From an uncultured Lachnospiraceae bacterium (GTDB lineage Bacteria > Bacillota > Clostridia > Lachnospirales > Lachnospiraceae), in assembly GCA_910584585.1 (NCBI GenBank), contig CAJUBP010000020.1, forward strand, positions 881 through 64,880: DNA of 64,000 nt, given 5' to 3'. Below are positions 27,854 through 36,226 of this stretch, piece by piece. The stretch's first letter is position 1. Each line of letters starts with the position of its first letter. Under the pieces are notes generated by a model that was not told where the DNA came from, ran no database searches, and saw nothing but the letters and a program-made list of their open reading frames with translations. Both the position numbers and the translations under genes were made by a program.

Positions 27854-27875
27854 AAATGGAATCCTTTCTATTGCT

Positions 27876-27929
27876 ATGTTTTCATCGTTTGTTATGTTTT
27901 CATCGTTTGTTATGTTTTCATCGTTTGGT
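27876..27929. repeat. Three tandem 18-bp repeats between the response-regulator and kinase genes
   Basis: ATGTTTTCATCGTTTGTT x3, with the last copy ending GGT. It reads NDENIT x3 in the kinase frame on the minus strand. Confidence 0.85.
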
Positions 27930-27962
27930 CCGCAGACTGCTATCATCTGCAGGAATGATTTT

Positions 27963-28637
27963 TCAAAGGTGTTCCAGGCAGTAGCCTTTTCGGTAAATGG
28001 TTTGAATCCCCACATTAGCATGCAGTTTTCTAAGTTTTTTCCTCAAAAAATAGATATAATTGTCCAGGTTTCCGTCTTCAATTTCCGCGTCCGGCCCCCA
28101 GACATTTCCAATGATCTGCTGCCTTGTGAGAACCTGGTTGGGATTTCTGAGCAAATAAGCCAGAAGTTCTCCCTCTCTTTGGGACAGAAAGAGCGTATCA
28201 TCCCGGTGGATCAGCTTCCATTCTTTTTCTGAAAAACGGATATCTCCGAATTCCAGCATGGGGGAAATTCCCCGCTCAAAAGTCCGGCGGGCCACGCTGC
28301 GGATACGGGCAGACAGTTCTCCGATATCAAAGGGCTTCACCAGATAGTCGTCTGCCCCGAGATCCAGGCCTGCGATTTTTTCCAGGGGCTCACCCAGGGC
28401 TGTAATGAATATCACAGGCATTGTGATATTGTTTTTCCGAATGCGCTGGAGGATTTTTTCACCGGGCATGCCCGGCAGCATCCGATCCAGCAAAATCATA
28501 TCGTGCATGTTCTGCAAAGCCAGAATCAGGCCTTCCTGTCCGTCATGGCAGATATCCACTGTGAAATTCTCTGCCTCCAGGCCATAGGTGAGAAGCTCTG
28601 TTAAGCTGGCGTCGTCTTCGATAATTAAGATTCTCAT
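27963..28637 (-). CDS. OmpR/PhoB-family response regulator
   Basis: REC domain (MRILIIEDD, LLDRMLPGM) plus a winged-helix C-terminus (IQTIYRKGY). Confidence 0.9.
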   Translation of the reverse strand: MRILIIEDDASLTELLTYGLEAENFTVDICHDGQEGLILALQNMHDMILLDRMLPGMPGEKILQRIRKNNITMPVIFITALGEPLEKIAGLDLGADDYLVKPFDIGELSARIRSVARRTFERGISPMLEFGDIRFSEKEWKLIHRDDTLFLSQREGELLAYLLRNPNQVLTRQQIIGNVWGPDAEIEDGNLDNYIYFLRKKLRKLHANVGIQTIYRKGYCLEHL

Positions 28638-28811
28638 GGGGTCCTCCGAAAGTGATGGTTTCTGAATATGATAATAACATAAAACTTCTCTAAAGATCCT
28701 CTAAATTTCGGTGCAGCTAGATTTTTCCATTTTGGTTGTCATAGCAGGAAATTAGCGATATAATAAAAATAAGATACCGTATGTATTAATTTGAGAAAGG
28801 ATGCAGAATAT

Positions 28812-29261
28812 ATGCCCAAAAGGATACCGGATTATGATAATGTGTTTAAGACGATGAAAAGTAAACATAAAAGGCTGTTTATTTCTGTGATTAATGATGT
28901 ATTTGAGAAAAATTACGCCATGGATACTAAGATAGAAATTCTGCCGTCAGAAGGGTATTTGACCGAAAATGAGACCATAGATGGGAGCAAAGATATCAAA
29001 GAGCAGATTTCTGATTTTGTAATTAAGATTGAAAATGAGGAAAGGCTGGTAAATATTATGGGCGGAACAGTAATTGAGACAGAATCTGAAAAATTAATTC
29101 GAAAAGGAATAGCAGAAGGAAAAGCAGAAGAGATTATTGAGATGGGTCAGGAGTTTGGATTGGATGAAACGGCTATTTTGAAAAAACTGCAGGAAAAGAT
29201 AGGGGTGTCTTTAGAAACAGCCACCGCTTATTTAGAGCAATATGGGAAACAATTTATATAG
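28812..29261 (+). CDS. Short Rpn/PD-(D/E)XK-transposase-like protein that appears to lack the nuclease core
   Basis: The N-terminus (DNVFKTMKSKHKRLFISVINDVFEKNY) and the C-terminal helical tail (RKGIAEGKAEEII...LETATAYLEQ) resemble the ends of clostridial Rpn-like proteins such as 51233..52213. The E.Q/K core segment is absent. Confidence 0.4.
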   Translation: MPKRIPDYDNVFKTMKSKHKRLFISVINDVFEKNYAMDTKIEILPSEGYLTENETIDGSKDIKEQISDFVIKIENEERLVNIMGGTVIETESEKLIRKGIAEGKAEEIIEMGQEFGLDETAILKKLQEKIGVSLETATAYLEQYGKQFI

Positions 29262-29544
29262 GCGCCTCTGGAATGCGAAAGGATAAAGGAAATGCCGGAA
29301 AATGGAGAATTTTCCACAATGGATATTGAAGTTCTTTTGAGAAAGCAATATCTGTTGCGGGTGAATTTCATTTTTCGGTATTTTTTAGTTCCTTAATGTT
29401 TCACTGCTGTGGTGGGTCGTAAGTATGAAGTTCTTCTTGAGATGAAAGCAAATAGATTCACAAAAATATTTAGAGAATTGCTAGAGTACTTTTCCCATAT
29501 GCCTGTGTTATGATTACGCAAAATCAGACAGGAGGCAAAAACCC

Positions 29545-31893
29545 ATGAAGAAAAAAACAGCATATGCCTTGACGGTTCTGCTGTTGGCAATGCTGCCGCT
29601 GTTTTGCGCAGCATGCGCCCGGAAAAAGGACCCAGGGCGAAATTTAGAAAATCAAAAACAACAGGAAGGGGAAGCGTCTTCCCAGGCCGGGCAGGAGATT
29701 GCAAAAGGCAGATACCGGGAAGAGGCGGTTTCTCTTCCGGTGGTTTTGGAGACGATCTTTGATGTGTCCAGAGAGGGGAAAACGGTGCGGCTGCTGGGTG
29801 AAAATGAGCCGGGCAGCTTCTGCTGCTGTGAAAGTAAAGATTCCGGCGCGAACTGGCAGAAAACAGATTTTCCCATGGACTGGCTGCCAGAGCGTTACCG
29901 TGTGGTTTCGGCATGTTTTGCGCCGGAGGGAGATGTGATTGTCTCTGCCGGAAAAATGTCGGAGGATGTTACGGATATGCAGCATGCCGTGGGAGCTTAC
30001 GTTTACTTTAGAATCAGCGGTATTGGGAAGGAGTTCAGGGCTGAAAGCCTGTCTCTGGCGCTGCCTGAACCGGAGGGAGATTATTCGGACACGGGATATG
30101 GCTTGTCAGAGCTTTGCGCGTCCAAAGAAGGAAAAATCTTCGGGCTTCTGAAAGTAAAACAGCCGGGGGAAAGGTTAGACGGGGAAGGGACAATGATGTC
30201 CTCCCAGGCGTGCTGTTTTTCGCCGGAAGGGGGAGAAGCCCTGTGGCGCCGGGAAGTCAGAGCGGGAACGATTGCTCTGTCCGGAGGAAGAGTCTATCTG
30301 GGAGGATTTGACGGAGGCGTCCGGGCATTGGACGCGGAATCAGGAAAAGAGCTGGAGGATATCGAGATTCCTCTGGAGGTTCGTCTGGAACAGGCCGATT
30401 TCAAGGATGGGCAGGACAGGATATTTTACTGTGACAAAACAGGGATTTACGGGACAGATTTCGGGCTGGGATTCCGGGAACTTCTGGTGGACGGAAAACG
30501 GAGTCAATTCGGCAGTGAGATCGATTACGCAGTTCAGGAACTTTACTGTGTCAGCGAACATGTATTTTTGGTGTTTGTGGAAAATACAGCGCTGAAAAAG
30601 GAACTGTTTCGGTATGAATATGACGGCAGTCTGGATACGGAGCCGGAACAGGAATTGTACGTTTATTCTTTAAAAAGCAATGATACGGCAAAAAAACTGA
30701 TTTCGGATTTTCAGTCCAGCCATCCTCAGGTATCGGTCAATTATCAGGTGGGGATGGAAGAGGGAACCGGCAAAACGGAATCTGACGCCATCAATCTTTT
30801 AAATACGGAAATTATGGCGGGAAAGGGGCCGGATGTCCTGATTCTGAATAATCTTCCCTGGGAGTCTTACGCCGAACAGGGAATCTTAGAAGAGTTTACT
30901 GAAGAACTGGCTCAGGAGATGGAACAGGGAGAGTTCTTTGAGAATCTGTTTTTGCCCTTTCAGAAAGAGGGAAAACAGTATGCCGCGCCGGTTTCTTTTC
31001 AGATCCCGATGCTGGTGGGAGACGGCAAAGTTCCCAAGGCAGAGTCCCTGGAAGAATTGTCCGAAGCCATTCAGGATACCGAAGGGACGCCGCCGCTGTA
31101 TCGGCCCGCAAAAAGTCTTTTGCGGTATCTGGCAAGTATCTACTGGCAGAGGATTGAGCAGGAAGGGGTGATCTCCAAAGAAGAATTGAAGCGTCTGCTG
31201 GAAGAGACGGAAAAAATCAACAGAGCCATACAGGAAAAGGGGGAGAAGACTATGCTTGAATTTATTTCGGATGAAGCGGAGAATCCTTCCGCAGATGTCT
31301 TTGCCGGGGATATAGGAATGAGCAGTATCCAGGATATCAAATATGGAAATACGGCCATGGCGCTGGGGTATTTGGGCTATTTTCCTGATTTTGTAGATAT
31401 GCACAATATGGAATTGGCCGGCCATGCCATATCCGGGCCTGTGTTCCGGTCTCTTTTGGCGGGAATCAACAGCAGATCGGAGCGTTTGGATACAGCGAAG
31501 GAATTCCTGAAGTTTGCCTTAAGCGAAGAGGAACAGGGGATATTTGCCGGAAAAAATTTTCTGATTCAGGAATTTCCAGTGAACCGCAAGGCTTACGCAA
31601 AGATGATCCAGAAGCCTTCTTCTGAAGAAATCGAAGAACTGTATGGGAACCGGTATGAGATGTTAGAGCGGATGTTTCAGGTAAGCTTCACCTGGCCGGA
31701 CAAGGAAGAGTTTGACAGGCTGGAAGAAACGATTGAGGCGCTGTCAGTGCCGGCCATGGAGGATTCTGTGGTGATAAGAACGGTGACGGAACATGGCATG
31801 AAGTATCTGTCCGGTGAAAAAGAGCTGGACGGGGCGGTGAATGAAATGGCGCGGGTTCTGGAACTGTATTTTGCGGAAAAAGGAAAGCAGTGA
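29545..31893 (+). CDS. Large (782 aa) secreted, probable lipoprotein solute-binding protein with an extra N-terminal ~370-aa domain
   Basis: Signal peptide with Cys (LPLFCAACA). The C-terminal half resembles family 1 extracellular solute-binding proteins (GKGPDVLILNNLPWE). It is followed by two permeases. Confidence 0.6.
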   Translation: MKKKTAYALTVLLLAMLPLFCAACARKKDPGRNLENQKQQEGEASSQAGQEIAKGRYREEAVSLPVVLETIFDVSREGKTVRLLGENEPGSFCCCESKDSGANWQKTDFPMDWLPERYRVVSACFAPEGDVIVSAGKMSEDVTDMQHAVGAYVYFRISGIGKEFRAESLSLALPEPEGDYSDTGYGLSELCASKEGKIFGLLKVKQPGERLDGEGTMMSSQACCFSPEGGEALWRREVRAGTIALSGGRVYLGGFDGGVRALDAESGKELEDIEIPLEVRLEQADFKDGQDRIFYCDKTGIYGTDFGLGFRELLVDGKRSQFGSEIDYAVQELYCVSEHVFLVFVENTALKKELFRYEYDGSLDTEPEQELYVYSLKSNDTAKKLISDFQSSHPQVSVNYQVGMEEGTGKTESDAINLLNTEIMAGKGPDVLILNNLPWESYAEQGILEEFTEELAQEMEQGEFFENLFLPFQKEGKQYAAPVSFQIPMLVGDGKVPKAESLEELSEAIQDTEGTPPLYRPAKSLLRYLASIYWQRIEQEGVISKEELKRLLEETEKINRAIQEKGEKTMLEFISDEAENPSADVFAGDIGMSSIQDIKYGNTAMALGYLGYFPDFVDMHNMELAGHAISGPVFRSLLAGINSRSERLDTAKEFLKFALSEEEQGIFAGKNFLIQEFPVNRKAYAKMIQKPSSEEIEELYGNRYEMLERMFQVSFTWPDKEEFDRLEETIEALSVPAMEDSVVIRTVTEHGMKYLSGEKELDGAVNEMARVLELYFAEKGKQ

Positions 31894-31933
31894 CGGGCGT
31901 CTTTGCATAGTTTCAAATATAAGGAGACAAGAT

Positions 31934-32929
31934 TTGAAGAATGGAAATGACAGGCGCAAGCCTGCCGGATGGCCGAAGCATTTGCGGTTTTTGTCAAAAG
32001 GGGCCGGGGCTGCCGGCAGACCCTCTGGCTCATGGGTATATCTTCTTTTTCTGGGGCCAAGCCTGCTGGGAGTCTCAGTTTTTACACTGATTCCCTTTCT
32101 CGATGTCATCCGCCGCTCCTTTGTGGATGTATCCAAAGAGAGATTTTGCGGGTTTAAAAATTATCAGGCGGTGTGTTCTAATCAGGCCTTTCGCCTGGCC
32201 CTGGGGAATACCGGGAAATTTCTGGCAGTATGCGTGCCGCTGCTGCTGGCTCTGTCACTGCTGCTGGCAAATCTGGCGTATTTCGGAGGAAGAAAAGCAA
32301 AATTGTATGAGCCCAGGCATTTGCCGGACAAACCCAAGCTATTTCGGAAAGGGAGAGCGTTGGGAGCCCGGGCATATCAGAAAGTAAGCCTTTTGCCCAT
32401 GGCAATTCCGGCGGCCTGCCTGGCCTTTGTCTGGAAAATGATATTTCACAGATACGGCTTGCTGAACAGCTGGCTGGGCACATCGGCGGACTGGCTGAAT
32501 TCGCCCCGGGCATTTGGAGTGCTGACAGCTAGTTTTCTGTGGAAAAATACGGGGTATTACGCGGCGCTTTGGCTGACCGGTCTTGGACAGATTCCAAACA
32601 GCCTCTACGAAGCGGCGTCGCTGGACGGAGCGGGGCCATTGGCGAGATTTTGGTACGTGACTTTGCCGGGGCTAAAGCCGATGGCTGCGGCAGCTTTTAT
32701 TCTGGCGCTGACAGGAGCCTTGAAATCTTACCGGGAGGCATGGCTGCTGGCAGGGGAATATCCGGACGCAAGCATTTATATGATCCAGCATCTGTTTCAC
32801 AACTGGTTTCGGGATATGTCCCTGGAGAAAATGGCGGCAGGCGCAGTGATTCTGGTGTGTATTTTTACTGCGCTGGCATATCCGTTTCGGAAGAAAGGCG
32901 GTGGAAATCCTGATACTTGGCAATTTTAG
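31934..32929 (+). CDS. ABC transporter permease (MalF/CUT1-type)
   Basis: Start taken at TTG 31934 after AAGGAG. EAA-loop region EAASLDGAGPLARFWYVTLPGLKP. Confidence 0.75.
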   Translation: MKNGNDRRKPAGWPKHLRFLSKGAGAAGRPSGSWVYLLFLGPSLLGVSVFTLIPFLDVIRRSFVDVSKERFCGFKNYQAVCSNQAFRLALGNTGKFLAVCVPLLLALSLLLANLAYFGGRKAKLYEPRHLPDKPKLFRKGRALGARAYQKVSLLPMAIPAACLAFVWKMIFHRYGLLNSWLGTSADWLNSPRAFGVLTASFLWKNTGYYAALWLTGLGQIPNSLYEAASLDGAGPLARFWYVTLPGLKPMAAAAFILALTGALKSYREAWLLAGEYPDASIYMIQHLFHNWFRDMSLEKMAAGAVILVCIFTALAYPFRKKGGGNPDTWQF

Positions 32930-32984
32930 AAAGAAAGCCGAAGCCGGGAAACTTCTGATTCAGGGGCGGCGGGCGGCAGACTGC

Positions 32985-33824
32985 ATGATTAAAATAATCG
33001 GAGTGGTTCTGTTATTTTTGGCGGCGGCACTCTCCTGCCTTCCAGTGTTTTTTCTGGCGGTGATGGCCTTTACCGGGGAACAGGAGCTTTCGGCGAATCT
33101 GCAGGGGGGTCTGACGGGGCAGGGGAGGACTGTATTTGCGCTGTTTCCCATGTTCCCCACACTCCGGGGAGTGGTGGAGCTATTGCTTGATACGCCGGAA
33201 TTCTATGTGGTGTTCTGGAATTCGGTAAAAATCACAGCCGCAATTCTGGCAGGGCAGCTTGCGGCGGCAGCGCCGGCGGCCTGGGCCTTTTCCAGGTGGC
33301 GCGGAAAAATCAGCAGCCTGCTGTTTTATATTTATACGGTATTAATGCTGCTGCCCTTTCAGGTTACAATGCTGCCAAGTTATCTCGTCATTGACCGGCT
33401 GGGAATTATGGATACCCATGAGGCCGTGATATTTCCGGCAGTTTTTGCGACGTTTCCGGTGTTTTTGATGTACCGCAGTTTTCTCGCAGTACCGGAGGAA
33501 GTCTACGAGGCCTTTTCCCTGGACGGTGGGAATCAGTTTCAGGCATTTTACCATATCGGCGTACCGCTTGCGATGCCTGGAATAAAATCAGCGGCGCTTC
33601 TTAGTATGATAGAATGCTGGAATATGGTGGAACAGCCTTTGATTTTTTTGAAAACGCCGTCTCTCTGGCCTTTTTCCATCTATCTTCCAGAAATCGGAGA
33701 TGAGAATCTTCCCTATATTTTTGCGTTTTCGCTGACGGCTCTGATTCCCATGGCACTCGTGGCTGCTCAGAGCGGGGAAGAGATCAGCAGAGGGATTGGA
33801 AGGATGGCGGCAGTAAAGGAGTGA
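32985..33824 (+). CDS. ABC transporter permease (MalG/CUT1-type)
   Basis: Start taken at ATG 32985 (MIKIIGVVLL). EAA-loop EAFSLDGGNQFQAFYHIGVPLAMPG. Confidence 0.75.
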   Translation: MIKIIGVVLLFLAAALSCLPVFFLAVMAFTGEQELSANLQGGLTGQGRTVFALFPMFPTLRGVVELLLDTPEFYVVFWNSVKITAAILAGQLAAAAPAAWAFSRWRGKISSLLFYIYTVLMLLPFQVTMLPSYLVIDRLGIMDTHEAVIFPAVFATFPVFLMYRSFLAVPEEVYEAFSLDGGNQFQAFYHIGVPLAMPGIKSAALLSMIECWNMVEQPLIFLKTPSLWPFSIYLPEIGDENLPYIFAFSLTALIPMALVAAQSGEEISRGIGRMAAVKE

Positions 33825-33833
33825 AATATTCTG

Positions 33834-35360
33834 ATGGAGGGAAAATATAAGAATGTTCGAGCCTTATCATTATTTCTGGCAGGAATGGCTCTTATGACGA
33901 TGGCGTCCCGGGCGGCGGATCATTTCTTCATTCCACGGGTGTCGGTGGTTTTCCCGGAAGAGAGAAAACTGGAATATCACGCGGAAATTCCGGGACAGGT
34001 AGAGGCAGAGAAGGAACAGGCCGTCTATTGCAGGGAAAATCTTCGGGCGGCTTATGTTCCGGTCCGGGAGGGGGATTTGGTGCAAAAAGGGGATCTGCTG
34101 TTCGCGGTGGATTTGGACAGCCTGAACCTGCAGATACAGGAGTTGGAAGAGGAGATCAGGAAACTGAACCTGCAGATAGAAGATCAGAAACTGGCGTATG
34201 AGCAGCAGGAAGAACAGCAGAACCGGGAATATCAGAGGGCCAAAGAGGATTATCATGCCGCCGTGACAAGGACCCAGAGCCAGGTGAATCAGGCAAAGTT
34301 GGAATTGGAGCAGGCCAAGGAAGCCCTCCTTGCCCATGAGAACGCAAAACCGGAGGAAAGCGGGCAGAGAAAAGAAAGGGAAAAGACATCTGACCAGACA
34401 GAAGAGAATCCTGCGGAGACAGAAAAATATCAGACGGCACAGAAAGAGCAGCCGGAAAAATGGAATCAGCGGTGGGAAGAAGAGCTTTGGGCAGAATGGA
34501 ATCAGAAGCAGGAAGAGTCCTCGGAAGAATGGAATCAACAGCAGGAAGATCCTTTGGAGACATGGAACCAGAAACAGGAGGAACTTTCCCGGCAGTATCA
34601 GGAGAAAAAGAAAGCATATGAAGAGTTTTCAGCCGCTGGGGAGGAAGCGGTTCGGACAGCCGAAAGGCAGCTGGAAGACGCAGGAGAAAAGAAAGTTCAG
34701 GATCATTCCATCGATTTGCTGAAAATAGAAAAACAGAAACTGGAAGATTCCCTGGAGAATTACAGAGAGCTGAGCCGGGAAGAAGGAAAAATTTACGCTG
34801 AGACAGATGGACAGGTGAAGACTTTAACTATTTCTGCAGGAAGCGTTACCGGAAGTGAGCCGATCATGATTCTGGAAGATTTCAGCCAGCCTTTCCGGTT
34901 TGAAGGAAATGTGGAAGAGGCGGCGGATCTGTGTATAACGGAAGGAATGGAAGGCGTTCTGACGATGGATAAGGGCAGAACAGAAATAAAAGGAGTGCGG
35001 ATCTCATCCGCAGTGACAGAAGAAGGGAACTGCCGCGTGACTGCGCTTTTGGATTCTGTTTGGCCAGACGGAAGCAAAGACGCTTTCTTAAGCGTCGCAA
35101 AGGAAAGCCAGTGGTATGAGACAACGGTTCCGCTGTCTGCGCTGCATCAGGGGGAAAAGGAAAATTATGTCATCCGGATACAGGAGAAAGAAACGATTCT
35201 TGGCATAGGATATGCCGCGGAGTATGTGCCGGTAACGGTTTTGGAAAAAAATGCGGAGTACGCAGCTGTGGAAGGGGGACTTTCCAAAGAAGACAGAATC
35301 GCTGCCGATTCTGACAGAAGCATAAGGGAGGGGGAAAGGATACGGATTGTGAAAGAATAG
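33834..35360 (+). CDS. HlyD/membrane-fusion-like protein with a long coiled coil
   Basis: N-terminal TM segment, a biotinyl-lipoyl-like VREGDLVQKGDLLFAVD, a ~250-aa E/Q/K-rich coiled coil, and a beta-rich C-terminus. Confidence 0.55.
   Translation: MEGKYKNVRALSLFLAGMALMTMASRAADHFFIPRVSVVFPEERKLEYHAEIPGQVEAEKEQAVYCRENLRAAYVPVREGDLVQKGDLLFAVDLDSLNLQIQELEEEIRKLNLQIEDQKLAYEQQEEQQNREYQRAKEDYHAAVTRTQSQVNQAKLELEQAKEALLAHENAKPEESGQRKEREKTSDQTEENPAETEKYQTAQKEQPEKWNQRWEEELWAEWNQKQEESSEEWNQQQEDPLETWNQKQEELSRQYQEKKKAYEEFSAAGEEAVRTAERQLEDAGEKKVQDHSIDLLKIEKQKLEDSLENYRELSREEGKIYAETDGQVKTLTISAGSVTGSEPIMILEDFSQPFRFEGNVEEAADLCITEGMEGVLTMDKGRTEIKGVRISSAVTEEGNCRVTALLDSVWPDGSKDAFLSVAKESQWYETTVPLSALHQGEKENYVIRIQEKETILGIGYAAEYVPVTVLEKNAEYAAVEGGLSKEDRIAADSDRSIREGERIRIVKE
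34461..34590 (+). repeat. Four spaced WNQ(K/Q/R)-type repeats within the coiled coil
   Basis: TGGAATCAG/TGGAATCAA/TGGAACCAG at 34461, 34497, 34530 and 34563, with a 33-36 nt period. Confidence 0.7.
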
Positions 35361-35371
35361 ATCAGGGAAAA

Positions 35372-36094
35372 ATGTGGGGAAAAATGATAAGGATTCTGGC
35401 GGGAATGTTCCTTGTATGCAGCCTTACCAGTTTTTTTCGGTATTTTAAGCAGTTAAAAATGATGCCGGAAAATTTCGCCTTTCTTTATCAGGAGCCGATT
35501 TCAGCGGAAGCGATAGAAGAAGAGTGCCGCAGGCAGCGGGTATTGTGTAAGATTCCGGAGACGGGCAGAGAAATGGAAGAGCCGGGAATGAAACAGGAAA
35601 AATTCCAGGCAGTGCTGGTTTACGGCATGGAAGCTCTGGATGCTCAGAGGGTGGAAACTATCTTTTCTGACAGCGATGAAAAAATTGACGTAAACCTGCT
35701 GAAATGGCTGTCCGCGTCTGCAGCCTGCGCCTGTTTTCTGGGGCTGCTGCTGTCGGTGTTCTGCTGTTATGAGAAGCAGGGCTGCGCAAAATGGGTGTAT
35801 GGAGTAACAGTTCTGGTTTGGGTATTCTGCATAAAATGCTGTATTCTTGAAGGACTGCCGGAATTTCCGGTGTGGTCACTGCCTGGAAGCTGGTCGGATT
35901 TTGAAGGATGGGGAGAATTTGCAAAAGAGACGGGAGAGCAAATTTCCTGTATGATTCGTTTCTGGGATGATACAGCGGTTTTAAAATATTGGGAATGTGT
36001 CTTGAAAGGCGGGGGATGCCTGCTGGCGTCGTTGGCAGTGCTGAGGGCGGAATTGAGGAAAATAATGGAAGAAAATTTTCAGCGATACACTTGA
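35372..36094 (+). CDS. Hypothetical Cys-rich membrane protein
   Basis: 240-aa ORF in the operon, with several hydrophobic segments. No recognisable family. Confidence 0.45.
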   Translation: MWGKMIRILAGMFLVCSLTSFFRYFKQLKMMPENFAFLYQEPISAEAIEEECRRQRVLCKIPETGREMEEPGMKQEKFQAVLVYGMEALDAQRVETIFSDSDEKIDVNLLKWLSASAACACFLGLLLSVFCCYEKQGCAKWVYGVTVLVWVFCIKCCILEGLPEFPVWSLPGSWSDFEGWGEFAKETGEQISCMIRFWDDTAVLKYWECVLKGGGCLLASLAVLRAELRKIMEENFQRYT

Positions 36095-36226
36095 AAAAGA
36101 CCGCCCGCTATGTTACATTGGGAAAAAGAATAAATTCCCATAAGGGGCGAAGCGGATAGTGGAATGAAGAACCATCTTGACACAGAGTATCAGGATGGTT
36201 TTTGTATCCGTATAAGGAGAAAGTGA

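Noticed and set aside
29393-29985. Several minus-strand ORFs (173, 113 and 74 aa) across the start of the large binding-protein gene.
   Set aside because: They are antisense to a gene with a clear RBS and signal peptide, and their translations are Pro/Arg-rich with no motifs.
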